A stretch of 64,000 nt of DNA. Source: Ginglymostoma cirratum. Its lineage: Eukaryota. Under the pieces are notes generated by a model. It was given only the letters and a program-made list of their open reading frames with translations. It was not told where the DNA came from and ran no database searches. How positions within the stretch are numbered: position 1 is the first letter of the stretch; every line of letters starts with the position of its first letter. The position numbers and the translations under genes are program-made. The stretch covers positions 18,388,634-18,452,633 of the forward strand of contig JAHRHZ010000051.1 of the NCBI GenBank assembly GCA_024137785.1. The letters run 5' to 3'. Shown here piece after piece: positions 37,501 through 50,640 of the stretch.

Positions 37501-38485
37501 TTTTTGTCCGCTCTTTGCACGTTGCAGCGATATGTTCTTGCGTCGCAACTTTTTTTTTGTGAGCGAACAGAGGTGTCAATCAGATTCCAAATATTCGGAT
37601 GACAGGCTATGTTCAATTCGGGTGGAAGGTTGGGGGGAGGTAAGGGTTGAAAAGAAATTCAGGTTTCTACAGGTCACATTCTCAGAGGAAGCTCCCGAAA
37701 GCCACAAGCGAATAGCATGTTTTTTTTTGTGTATGTGTGTGAAATATTAGCTAAGTAAGCGACAATTAATTACACATCTGTTCGCGCGTCCCCGTTGTAT
37801 GGAGCAGGTATTAACATATCCGTATAACACATTGTTATTACACCGACAGATCTTTGATAGCACAGCTTGTCATTCACACAGCCAGAAATCACGATGATCT
37901 ATCTTTCCATCAAATGGAAATCTCAGTTTGTTCCAACACTAAAACAAAACAAACAGCCTGTCAAACAACAATTGTATTCATTTTTTTGGAGGGGTTGGGT
38001 GTTTGCTTATTGGGACTCCCCAAAGCTTCTCTTTCATTCCCCTACGAAAAGAACTATTGTTTGATTGATGTTTGTGGTCCCATCTAGAAGGTTATTATTA
38101 GCCAACCTTATAGAAGCCCGCTCGGGAAGAGCGAGAGAGAGAGAAAAAAATCAGCTATTGATAATTGCAAGAACCATACAGCAGCTACTGTATCGATTGC
38201 CTTGTGCCATATTCCCCTGGTATAGGAGAGATAAGAGGACACACTATTTAGTAGAATATAATTTCTTTTGACCTATCTGCTTCGTACAGACTTATGATGA
38301 ATAGCTGGAGAGGCTATAGTGCTTTATCAAGAGACTTACTCCTATTCTGTTTATGCCCCCCTCCAAAAACTCCACTATCCCAACATCATCAATATCATTA
38401 CAAAGGCGCCAGAATAAAGATCTGCTCCAGATTAAAGTACTGCCTTATTATCTGACTAACTCATCTCTATTGGCCGATGATCGGT

Positions 38486-38515
38486 GGGGGTTGGGGTGGG
38501 GGGTGGGGGTGGGGG
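38486..38515 (+). other. Potential G-quadruplex
   Basis: GGGGG-TT-GGGG-T-GGGGGG-T-GGGGG-T-GGGGG: five G-tracts with 1-2 nt loops. Confidence 0.6.
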
Positions 38516-41500
38516 AAGAGAGGAAAAAACTGTCATTTCAACTTTTTGCAAAAAAAAGCTTTTCAGATTCGCCTGTGTAAAACGAAGCACTTATCAAAGT
38601 TATTGATCAGTTCCTAAAACCATTTGAGTAAAGAGGCACCAGACACACACAAGAAGCCCTCGCCGTGCTGCTACAGTCTTGTTCTTTCCCGACCGGACTA
38701 TTATTATTTTTTCTCTCTCTTACTTTAATCCGAAACGCTGGCCATTATACTAAACGAGTTTTAGTTTATTTCAAGCTCGGGTTGGGAAGACGACCATTTA
38801 TTATGTGTTAAGCAACAGCAAAATAATCAAACGCACAATTTCTATGTGCATATGAAAAATATAAATATCGAAATTCCGCCTTGTACTCACAGCGTTGGCT
38901 TTATTTTAGAAAGAAGATGCGTTATTCAATTTATTAACAATTAATTGATGATATGAAATCAGAAACGGGGCCATGCCTTAACAATCCCCAATGAAGCAAG
39001 AATGGCTGAGGACGATTTAATTTCAATAAACACGCCTTACTGTCTATCGATAAAAAAAATTACAACTAGTTAAGCTAGTTATGTAAATTAACTGCGAGCG
39101 CACTTTTGGTCAGAACTTGCTCTCATTTTGAAGGACAATCGCAAAACATAGTAATGTCAGATGAAGCAACTCGCCCACTCTGCAAAGTAAAAAATAGGAA
39201 TATTGTGAAACCCCTCCCCCACCCAAAAATTGATTTAAGTTTTCACATCGCGACAACTTATAAAAAATTTGCACCTGGCTTAAGGTTTGCACCGAAATCT
39301 ACCTACTCTTCATGTTGCAGTAATGACTTTATTTGTAGGTTAAACTCAGCAGCCCATCATTTTTGTTGGTGTTAATGCTCCGGTGCAATTCTAAAATAAC
39401 AAACGTTTAACTTGAGTGAAACAAAGTCTGTCAATTGAGCTACTGTACTTTGCACCACCGAATAGTTTGCAGAAAATAATTTCAGAAAATGAGTTTTTTT
39501 TCTGGAGGTGGACTCTAATCCCCAAACAAGCAGCCTGAAGAAGAAAGACCAATGGAAAGATTACAAGAGCATTCATTTTTACAAGTTTTATTGTTAATAA
39601 TTCACATATTACACATTTCTGCGATCGTAGGCATTTATTAAAATAGGCACGCTGTTGTATTCCTGAAAAATAGCCTTTATTTCATTTTTTTTGCGCTTGT
39701 TTTCCCCCACTTCCTCAGCTCCTCTTGTTTTTTTTAGAAGCCCAAGAGTTCTGAACAACTGAGGCCACCCTAATTACGTTTGTTTTCTTGATGTTCGTTA
39801 GTAGGAGGTGAAGCTCAGAATGATACAGCTGGGCACCGACGACACAATCTGTCTGCTTCTGCAAGGTACTTTAAACTGCTCAGGCAGGAAGAACGCTTTC
39901 ACGCTCAGAAGTATTTCAAGTGATGCATCAACCAGGGTTCGTATACACTTGGTAGTCTGATCTAATGTGTTAACTGTTGGAAAATAAAGGCGATTATAGC
40001 TCGTACACGCAGCTTCAACTATGGTAGTGTAGATAGGGAGGTAGAGTAGCAACTGCTAACTTAAAGACAAAGGGATATGCTGCTACTCTTTATCAAGAAA
40101 GGTCACATTTGGAGCACACATCAATCTCCTACAGTCTATTCAGCAGACACTCCTACCACTCCGATTCTGGATTGATGCACTGCAAACATAATAGATTGCT
40201 CTTTTAAGCAAGATGTAAACTTTGAGTAGTTGTAGTTGTTCAGGAAAAGAAGGTAAAAATGAAAACCTAAAAGTGGGGAATGCATGAGCAGGTTGCTTGT
40301 ATTTTGAACCTTTATGCTGAAAATGTTAATATTAATTAAAATCAAATATAATTGTTGAATTACTAAGGTGTTGCAAACTATTTTCGCAGCATTTATATCA
40401 GACTTAACTTATGTGGGGTCTTCTCTTTCATGGCCCATCAACATTTTAAAATCTACCCCTCATTTATCTAATAAAATATATCAACATGCTCAGGTTAATT
40501 AGTAATTTTCCTTGGACATAAAACGTTTGACTTATTTGATGACAGGTAACTTTTCAATAATATGTAAATAGTGAAGTACTTTAGATTTAATACAGATAGT
40601 GAAATTAGATATTTGTTAGGTTTAGAGTTGCAAGTAAGATTGAATTGCAAGCAATTAAGAGTGATGAAATTGGGATTGAGTTAAATGGGCAGTTTTTGCA
40701 TTTCCATGTGATGAGCTTCAAAATGTACAAGAAACCTAAAACTATGAAGGAACTGTCTTCAACTTCAATCCCTTCAGCCCGCTGCTTTGCAGCTATCTGT
40801 TACACGCTCTCTATCTCCAAAATGTTCACAGCGTATTTAACTGAAACTTTGTAGGAAAACAATTACTTAGAGATTAAAATGTGAAATACATAAACAAAGC
40901 CTAGGTTAAATGTAAGAATTGAAAACATTAAACATAGCTTGCAGACGCTAAAATAAGCAAAATATTAGCGTCAGTAACTCATATGGGAAATATGAAAGTA
41001 AATAAAATGAACTTTATAACTGATCAACACAAGTGCTTAAATGATGCCATATTAATCATCTTCAGTACAACTAATATTTGAACCAACATTTGAATCACGT
41101 TTATGATTTGTGCTTCCTTTTTACATGTACTTACATTATGCTCCAGAACTTTGGATCAACTTTTGTCAATTTTATCTTGCATTAATTCAGTTTTAAACTT
41201 AATAATTAAGTACTAATTTGTCCCGAGAGAAAGTAAGTGTCAACTTTGTGAAAAAAGGACATTGTAGTTAGCAGTCGGGTTGAATAGAACTATCAATATT
41301 GTGAAATTAAAAACAAAACTAATTATGAACAAAGCCCAAAAATAGAAAATGCCTCTACAATTTTTTTTGCTAGATTACGCTTTGGGCAACCATTGCTGAA
41401 ATTCATCAGTTATCAATTGATTGAATTGCAGTAATACTTTGGTTTACAATGTTACTGTTTTGGTTGAAAACAAAAGATATAGTTGCTATTCATTTGATTA

Positions 41501-43899
41501 ATTATTTAAAATATTTAACAAGTTCTTCTCTGTTTGTATTGTATTGAGAGGACTGGGTGGTTGTGGAAGAAAGCTTGTCACAGGCAGTTGCCACTCAGTG
41601 AAGTTTCACAAACATTCCTTCATTATTCATGCATGCTGTGCTTTATTGCATACACCAGGTGTGAGCCCTGAACACTCCACTACACACAGGCAGTTAAAAA
41701 AGGTCAAATGTCACTGTTGGAGTAATAACAATAAAAACCTCAACAGCAGAGGTGTGCTGTCATGTGACTGACCACATGTTAGTCACACAAACATAACCAA
41801 ATAGTGCTTATGTTTTTAGCAAAGATTAAAAATGACCATTTCAACCAGTGCCTATCTTAGTACTGTGTGATAATGCTTCATTAATACAGTGACAAGGCCA
41901 GGATCGTGGCTACATTGACAACATGTTTAACTTTACAACACCTTACCACCTTTGAAGTTATCACTGTAATGCCCTTTAATACTTTAGTTTAAGGTCAAGT
42001 GAGCATAACATTGATAAAATCGGACCGACATGTCTCAAAACTATTTATATGCTATAGCGCTGTCCAGTAGTACTCATTTTAAACAAAATGCTTTCTAACT
42101 CCAAACATTCTCCTTTCTTTATCATTAAATTATGATTGTGCACCATCTGATAGAACGTGCTTCTTAACATAATCTTGTATCTGTTTTAAATGCACACCTT
42201 ATAAACTCAATAATTTTGGATTCTTAAAACTGAGTTAGAATGAATGTTTAGTCATTCAAAACCAAATAAATCATTATAACTAAACATCACTATTTATGTT
42301 TGAGCCAAAGTGTCTCGATGTGTAGTTATTGCATGCTAATAAATAATTCTAATTTTAATTAAAAGATTAAAAAATATGTATTTTATATTTTGTTTCAGTA
42401 AATAAATTAGATATGTTTAGTTTTCAATCAGATTTTCCCAAAGTTGAGCGTGATTTTTCTCAAAAACGTGACACAATTTACCAGAATAATTAGCTGGCAT
42501 TTCCTAACATGTTTTATTTCTCCTGTGGGCATGATAAACTGAAGCATAGTTTACTTTTTGAATATCCTTATGATGTGCACTTAGTAATTCTGATGAATTC
42601 CCATTACAAGTACTTTTTTAAAAACCTTTTTAATAACATTTTAATAGACAAAAGACAGTTTGTAGCCAGTTTGCAATCCATTCTGTACAGTTCAGCCCTT
42701 GGGTTTGAATTTCTCGCTCGTGATGAATACAATCATTCATAACTGCTCAATTATACTTTCACTTGTGTTGTGATGATTTGAAATGGTTACTGTAATCTTC
42801 TTTAAGATTTGTTTTAAAGTCAGGAAATCACAACATTGATAAAGGAGGCTCCAAGCATCATTTGACTATTTAGATATTTGAACAGTGTTTTGCAGCATTT
42901 ATTTTAACCAGATTCCTTTCACTTCTCAACATTCTCCATCACTTTACATTAATTAAGCATTATATGCTGTAAGCTAAAAGAGGATTCTTAACAATGCTTC
43001 CTACCTATCATATCAAGTGGTGGTGTGGCAATGGAAAATCTTTCATTTATCAACATATATTTCATTACACATACACACATTCACTCCTCTTTACTTTAAC
43101 TCAAACCTTTCTAGTCCATTGTGGCTCCATAATTGTTACTGTTTTGAAGGATAATAGTCCATGTAGTCAGTCTAGAATTAAACTTGTCTGATTTAATAGT
43201 GGTTTTGCAGAGATTTTAACTGTGACACACAGAAAATATGTTTCTTAAAAATATTTAGTTTATGTTGTAAAGGACAACACAATCTGTCTGAGTTGGCAAC
43301 TTCCAAAGTGCCACTCTGGAGTAGAGTAGAGGTGTGGCCGATTAGGGAAAGGGAACACTCGCAGTCTGAGAGGCCTGGAGGTCTTAGAAAGTGATGGGTT
43401 AACTGAGCTCACTGAGGTGACAGCAGTTTTGCTGCTATTAGCTTCAACAGCCTGAACTACGAAGGAGAGAAACAAAAAGATCCTAATTCCTACAACATAC
43501 CTCCATCATTAAGATGCATGGTGTGATCATCAGATTAGGGCAGAGCTAAACCTGTGGTGTAATGTCCCCGTGATGGAATTGCCTTCTCCTACTTACCATT
43601 CCACTTTATATGGAAGTAGTGGCCATTAAGTGAGGTCCTGGGGAGTGACCAGTTTGAACTATCCCCTTGCTTGGATGAATACCTTCAGAAGAAAAGTGGA
43701 GAGAATAGTAGCAGAAAGCTAGCAAATTAAATTATATAATATATTTGTACTTATCACTGGCATAATATTTCTCAATTTATTTGGATAGATTCTGTTCATG
43801 TTTTAATGTGTTGTTTTAATGCCTATATACACCTTCATAACATTGTTCATATTTGCCCCTGCCTTAGCCTACCTTACCTTTATTATCTGTAGATTTGAC

Positions 43900-44245
43900 T
43901 ATTCTGAAGGCACTCAGATTGGCTCCCACCAGTCACCCACAGTAAACATTACTGGCTGTACACTATCTCATACCAAATCCCTTTAACCCTTTACCCCTTT
44001 GCTGACCTACATTGGCTCCTATTTGAAACATTCCTTGATTTTTAATTGTCATCCTTGTCTTCAGATTCCTCCATTGCCTTGCTATTCCCTAAACCTGAAA
44101 TCTCTTCCAGCTCTACAACCAATCCTTCAAGATTACTGTGTATGGTCAATTCTGGCTTGTTGTGCATTTTGTTTGATTAGAACTTTTGCAAAGTGCTCTG
44201 GAACATTGTACTATGTTAAAGACTATATATAAATGCAAATTGTTT
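43900..44245 (+). mobile_element. L2-like LINE 3' fragment
   Basis: ctttgctgacctacattggctcc...ttttaattgtcatccttgtcttcag... and tail aaagtgctctggaacattgtactatgttaaagactatatataaatgcaa. Confidence 0.6.
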
Positions 44246-44508
44246 AAATGATTGGCAGGGTTGAGAAGAGAGTGTGCTTTTTAATCAAATCAAGTGTATC
44301 CAGGGAATCAAAATTTTTAATTTTAAAACTACTATAAATTTGATTTGCACATGTTGTGGTTATAGGATGCATTTACACTGTACCTATCCAATTTAAACTA
44401 GTTTATTGTAAATCTGGTCTTAGCTAGCCAAAATGTAATTTACATAGATGGCTTCTACTTTGTTGAAATTCTCACAGGTCTGCCTGTGGAGAGTTCTACG
44501 TATGAGAA

Positions 44509-44738
44509 GGGACCAGCTAGCTCAGTTGGCTGGATGGTTGGTTTGCAATGCAGAGTGACACCAACAGTGTGGATTTAATTCCCACAACAGCTGAGGACGA
44601 CATGAAGGACTCTCCTTCTCAAACTCTCCCCTCACCTGAGGCATAGTGATCCTCAGGTTAAACCACCACTGGTTGTCTCTTTCTAATGAGAGAGCAGCTG
44701 TATGGCTTAGTAGGACTATGGTGAACTTACCTTTACCT
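44509..44738 (+). mobile_element. tRNA-derived SINE
   Basis: Head tagctcagttggc...gtggatttaattccc (A/B boxes), body cctcaggttaaaccaccac, tail cttacctttacct. Confidence 0.7.
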
Positions 44739-45454
44739 GCATTTTAGAGATATATTCTACAGATTTCTCTCTCACAAGTGAATAATTCAAATGTTTAGAT
44801 AAATCACAAGAATTTTTAAAAAGTATCCATGTGGTCCACTATGTCTTTTGAGCAGTTTGTAAGTTAGATCTAGTACTGCATTGAATTTTTTGGTCTATGC
44901 AGTGCTAGGGGATTGTATATTAATTACAGAGAAATTACAGCACAAAAACAGACTACTCAGCCTAACTAGTCCATGCCAATACTAATGTTTCACACAAACA
45001 TCCTCCCACCCGACTTTACCTCTCACTATCAGCAAAACTATCTATTGTCTTCTCCCTCATGTACTTCTCTAGTTTTTTTTTATTATTTTGTATCCACGCT
45101 GCTTGCCTCAACTGTTCTATATGGGAGTGAGTTCCACGTTCTTAACCTTCCCTGGGATAAAGAGGTTCCTCTTGAAATAGGAGGAGAATTAAATAGGAAG
45201 CCAGTTTCCCTTGTTTACTACTCTATTTTATTTAGGAATCCAGTCATGCCCACCTCAACATTTATATGTGATGTTTAACATCAGTGCAAAATGGGGATTG
45301 GCAGGTAATTGCACAATTGATGCACTTATGTTGCATCTGTTATACAGGCAAGGGCACAAAATTACAGTATTGCTTTGGGATCTTCTCATGACTGAAAGCG
45401 TGATAACAAAACCACAGCTTTGTAAAATCCACACCATACCTGCTAGGATACAAT

Positions 45455-46008
45455 TTCAACAGTTATTAGGAAAGAGAAGTGGAATATTGGCCTTTATTTC
45501 AATAGAAATGGAACATAAAAATAGGGAAGTCTTGTTAAAACTATAAAAGGCACCAGTTAGACCACAACTGGAATACTGTGAACAGTTTTGGGCCCCTAAA
45601 GTAAGAAATATTATACTGACATTGGAGGCATTGCAGAAGAGAACGTCTTTATGAGGAGAGGTCAAGTAAGCTGGGCTCATTGGAGTTTAGAAGAATGAGA
45701 GGCAACATCATGGAAACATGTAGGATTCTTAGGGGGCTTGATAGGGCAAATGTTTGTTTCCATTTGTGAGGTAGTCTAGGACCAGAGTATAATTTCAGGA
45801 GTAAGGGATCAACCAATGGGACAGATATGAGTAGGATCTTTTACTCTTAGAGAGCAGTGAATCTATGGAACTCTTCACCACAGAGGGCTGTAGTGTTGGC
45901 TCATTAATTATACTCAAGGCAATCAGATTAGTCACGATCTTGTTCAATGGTAGAGCAGACTCAATTGGTCAAATGGGCTACTTCTGCTCCTACATCTTAT
46001 GGTCTGAT
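45455..46008 (+). mobile_element. CR1 LINE 3' fragment with internal deletions
   Basis: Translates to ILAFISIEMEHKNREVLLKL*KAPVRPQLEYCEQFWAP (the CR1 LVRPHLEY motif). Tail cttctgctcctacatcttatggtct. Confidence 0.85.
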
Positions 46009-46551
46009 AATTGGCTGCAATCTTGAATAAGTTCACATTCTTAATTTTAGAATTTTTGAAAGAAAATTTTATGAGCATATTGAATGTAAACATTGAACTA
46101 GGCATGAAATTAAGAAGCCATCTTTGCATAATAATTCTCACAGTTTAATTTACTAACTAATTAAAATAACACATATTTAAAGCCAGTAGTCCTGAATTTG
46201 CACAAAGGTTGTCCCAATTGACTAAAGTAGCACTGGCAGGAGATTGACAAACCTTCACCATTAAGATATAAATGGGCTTTATGGTTGGAAATCAGGACCA
46301 CCCCAATGCAAATTCAGTGCCTGAGTTAGGATTAGGACCCCTCTTCAAATTCCAACTGCTATAGTGCATGATCTTTGTTATATTTTATTCATGCTGCTAC
46401 GATGAATTTTGTGAATGTCTTTTGTTTAAGGAGTGGTATTGCGTAAGTTGCAGCGTATTTATGCAAAAAGATTCTTTGACTTTAATTGTCCGCAAGTTTG
46501 CGGCTGAGCCTTTAGCAGCCTGTGCCTTAATCATCTTGGCCGTCATCCCAT

Positions 46552-48230
46552 AGTGTCATTGAGTCATAGAGTTTTACAGCACAGAAAGAGGCCCTTTAAC
46601 ACATCATGTCTGTACTGGTCATCAAGTACCAATCTATTGTAGTCCCATTTTCTGGCACTTGGCTCATTGCCCTGTATGTTATGGTGCTTTGAGTGATCAT
46701 CTAAATACTTCTTAAATGTTGTGATGGTTCCAGCCTTTACTACCGTTTCAGGCAGTGAGTTTCATGTACCCATCACTTTGGGTGAAAAATATCTTCTTTA
46801 AGTTCCCTCTAAACCTCCTGCCATAGACACATTGAGTCAAACAGCATAGAAACAGACCCTTTGGCCCAAGCAGTCCATGCTGAAATAATCCCAAACTGAA
46901 CTAGTCTCACCTGCCTGCTCCAAATCTTTGTAATTCATGTACTCATCTAAGTGTCTTTTAAATGTTGTAATTGTGATTGCATCCATCACTTCTTCAGGAC
47001 ATTCATTCCACATGCGAGCCACTTTCTGTGTAAAAACTTTGCTCGTCATGTCTTTTTTAAATCTTTCTCCTCCCACCTTAAAAATATGCCCTTAGTCTTG
47101 AAATTCCCCATCTTAGGGAAAAGACACCTACCTTTAATCCTTTCTATAACCCTCATATTTTTATGAATCTCTGTAAGGTCACCTCTCAACTTCCTATGTT
47201 CCAATGAAAAAAATTCCCAATCTATCCAACCTTTCTTTAAAACTGAAACCTTCCTACCCGGCAATATCCTGACCATCTCTAACTTAATAATATCCTTCCT
47301 ATAACCTTTACCTTAAATCTATGCCTCCTGGTATTTGCCCCTCTACTAAGGGAAAATGTTTCTTCCTACCTGCTTTATCTATACCCCGCATATTTTTGTA
47401 CATCTTAATCAGGTTCCCCCTCCGTCTTCTTTACTCCAAGGACAACCCCCACACCCACCCCCCAGCTCATCCAGTGTGTCTTCTTAGCTGAAATGCTGCA
47501 GCCAAGGCACTGAATCCCCTCTTCACCCTCTCCAGCACAATCACATCCTTCTGATAATTACAGTAACCAGAATTGCACGTATACTCCAGCTGGGACTTAA
47601 CGAACGTCTTATCCAGCATAACCTCCCTGCTGTTGTATTCAATGCCTCTGCTAATGATGGCAGGTAACCCATGTGACTTCTTAACAACCTTACCTATCTA
47701 TCTGATTGCGATGCCTTCAAGGATGTATGGGCAGTCACAACAATATCCTTCTGATCGTCTGTACTTCCTAGGGTCCTACCAATCATTGTGTACTCACTTG
47801 CATTATTAGTTCTCCCAAAATAGATCACCTCAAACTTGATCTTGCCATTGATCTGCCCATCTGACCAGCCGATCTATATCTTGTAGTCTAAGGCTTTTGA
47901 CCTCACTGTTTACCACACTACCAATTTTCATGTTATTTGTGAATTTACTGATCGAACCTCCTACATTCGTGTCTAGATCATTAAAGTATGTTACAAACAC
48001 CAAGGAGCCCCGTACTTAACCCTGCAGTATGCCACTGGATGTAGACCTCCATCACAAAAACAACCGTCGCCCAGCGCTTTCTGCCACCTATCACAGACCC
48101 AATTTTGGATCCAAGTTGCCAAATTGTCCTGGATCCCATTGGCTCTTACCTTCTTGACAAGGGTCCATGCTAGACCTTTTAAATAGATAACATCCATTTA
48201 ACTGACCTCATTTACATGTAGGATACTCCT
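46552..48230 (-). mobile_element. CR1 LINE (about 1.2 kb host copy) split by a nested CR1
   Basis: Tail tcattgagtcatagag at 46556. RT-region remnant GIQDNLATWIQNW..DRWQ in ORF 47991-48197. The host breaks at 46822 and resumes at 47305. Confidence 0.85.
46823..47304 (-). mobile_element. Nested 5'-truncated CR1 copy
   Basis: Has its own tail (acagcatagaaacagaccctttggccc) and ORF remnants FTQKVARMWNECPEEV and RKLRGDLTEIHKNMR. Confidence 0.85.
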
Positions 48231-49769
48231 TAAAACCTATCACATTAATCGGGCACTTGGTCAGCTATCCTGGTACCTTCTTATGCTGCTTGGTGTCAAA
48301 TTTTGTCTGACAAATCTCCTGTAAGGCACCTTTGAATGTTTTACTATGCTTACGGTGCTGTATATATGTCATTTGCTGCTATTGTTAGTGCCCGTCCAGA
48401 TAAATTTTAAAGATCGCTTCCAATTCAGTATGCTTCCTTTTGTTTTAAAATAAGTTGTTTTCCCCCTTGTCATGATTGAATAGGTTATCCAGAAAATACT
48501 TTGAACAAAAATGGTTCGTAAAATATCGAGCGCATATTATTCACTTTAAATATTCTAAATTCACAAGGTCTGCACAATATCAGAAGCTGAAAGACCCAGA
48601 ACAATGATTCTCATTTGGCTTAGATATTAATTGACTTGCTTATAATTTATTTAATGTTAGGAGCATTTGGTAACATTGGATTGTGTGATGTTTAATAATC
48701 TAGTTTAGAAGCGGAAAGCAAGATAAGTGGAGTAATTCTGAGCGTAAAAATTAAGCAGGATCCTAAAAATGTTTCAGCACTATAAACAATCACCATTGAG
48801 ATAAATTGCACATAATTGGGTCTTGAATTTTCCTGTGATTCAGCATGAAAATGACTTGGTAATGTTGCTTGTCTTTGATAAGAAATCCAATATACCTTCA
48901 GGTTCTGCTTTTCAAGTTCAATATTCTTTCAGATGCTACATTATTAAATTGATATTCTGTCAGGGCCTGTGACAGTTGACACTTGGAAACACCAGCTGCA
49001 AGAAACTAACTGCAAAAAGTACTCACCAGCTTTATTTCCATAGGTGTTAAAAAAATCTGATGTGAGTGAATTTTGAGCAAACCCAACCTCATAACTCAGT
49101 CGACAAGCCTTATCTACTGGAACCTTGTACACGTTTATTATATTACTGATTCTTGGATTGATACAGTGTAGGTTGCATCGATCAATATGGAGTGCAGTTC
49201 TCTCCCTATGCTGAATCAGCACACTGGTACCACACGCCATATTGGGTCCTGCTCTACTTATTGTTTGCTCAAAAAATAAGCACTTCATGCGCATTACAAA
49301 TTAATGAAGTGGCATCTACATGTCAACCTTGCATTGTATTGAAATAGAAGTGAAACATATTTTTGTTTAAAGTGACCATTCTTCTTAGATTATGCATATT
49401 GATGACAGAGTCACCAATCCTGCTCGTAACAAGACTAAATTACATACTTAATCTGATTCAGTGGCAAGTACAGTCAATTAAGTTATGACAGTTTTTCTGA
49501 TTGTAGATTGGTGGCTGTTGAAGATAATGGCCTAGAAATTCAATAATGCGGCACTCGTTTTTCAAACAAACAATGAGTGCGGTAAGATCCAAGATGGCAT
49601 GTGGCACATGTGTGCATATTATGCGCAGGGAGAGCTCTGCATTCCATATTGAACAATAGAACCTGCAGTTATCCAGGCTACCTGCTGGAAACTAGTATTA
49701 GGCTCAATGATAGTGAAAGTTTCACAGCCCTTTGCAACATTTGCTCATGACTGCCTTTTTTTTAACTAT

Positions 49770-50640
49770 TTAAGATATGTTAGTGTCATTGGCTAGACCA
49801 GAATTATTATGTTGCTCTTAGGAAGGGACTTCCAGGATTTTGACCCAGTGACAGTGAAGGATGACGATATAGTTCCGAGTGAGGATGGTTTGTCGCATGG
49901 AGGGGATCTTAGAAATGGTGATGTCTCAATGCATCTGCTGCCTGTATCCTTCTAAGTGGAAGATTTTGTGGGTTTGGAAAACACTATTGAAGGAATATGG
50001 GTGAGTTTTTGCACTACACTTGTGCAAGGTGCATACTGTTGACACTGTCCACTGGTGAAAGGCGTGAATGTTGAACGTGGGGTACCAAACAAGTTGGCTG
50101 CTTTGACCTGGATGGCAGTATTCAAACAAATCAACAGTATTGCAGCACACATGCAAATTTGCTGGAAAAGCTCAGCAGATCTAGCAGCATCTGTGAAGGA
50201 AAAAACAGAGTTAACGCTTCAGGTCCGGAACTGAAACGTTAACTCTTTTTTTCCTTCACAGATGCTGCCAGACCTGCTGAGCTTTTCCAGCAAATTTGTT
50301 TTTGTTCCTGATTTACAGCATCCGCAGTTCTTTTGGTTTTTATTGCAGCACACTCCTGACTTGTGCCTCGCTGATGGTTGACATGCTTTGAGGATATAGG
50401 GGGTGAATTACAGGCCACAGATTTCCCAGCCTCTGGGATTTGTTATTGTAGCTACACAATTTATGTGCCAGGTTCAGTTCAGTTTATGGTCAGTCGCAAT
50501 CCCACAATGTTGATAGTGGGGGAGTTGAGTGATGGCAATGTAATTGACTATTGAAGGGAGATGGTACATTTTGTTTTGTTAGAGATAGTCACCGCCTGGC
50601 ACACGTATGGCACAAATGTCACTGTAACCATGAGCAATTT
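49770..50640 (-). mobile_element. LINE fragment (family of 20035 and 21100) hosting a hairpin element
   Basis: ttccaggattttgacccagtgacagtgaagga...gttcagttcagtttatggtcag...atgttgatagtgggg. Confidence 0.65.
50151..50340. mobile_element. Hairpin element (Penelope-terminal-repeat-derived) with a 13-bp target-site duplication
   Basis: Near-perfect palindrome 50154-50298 (caaatttgctggaaaagctcagcag...ctgctgagcttttccagcaaatttg). tattgcagcacac is duplicated at 50138-50150 and 50341-50353. Confidence 0.85.

Larger units (their letters stand above)
32450..39900. promoter_or_regulatory. Broad CpG-rich (probably non-methylated) island spanning exon 1
   Basis: CG dinucleotides are visibly frequent here (e.g. 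cacgcgcgctcgc 33271, aacgcgcggac 36071, cgagcggcgggc 37107) and rare in the flanks. Not counted computationally. Confidence 0.7.

Noticed and set aside
44509-44590. tRNA genes here and at 52999, 57130 and 59165
   Set aside because: These are degenerate A/B-box heads continuous with SINE bodies, with no intact cloverleaf.
46189-46298. Tiny MITE with gtcctga...tcaggac ends
   Set aside because: Inverted repeat of only about 10 bp, no clear TSD, and no second copy seen.
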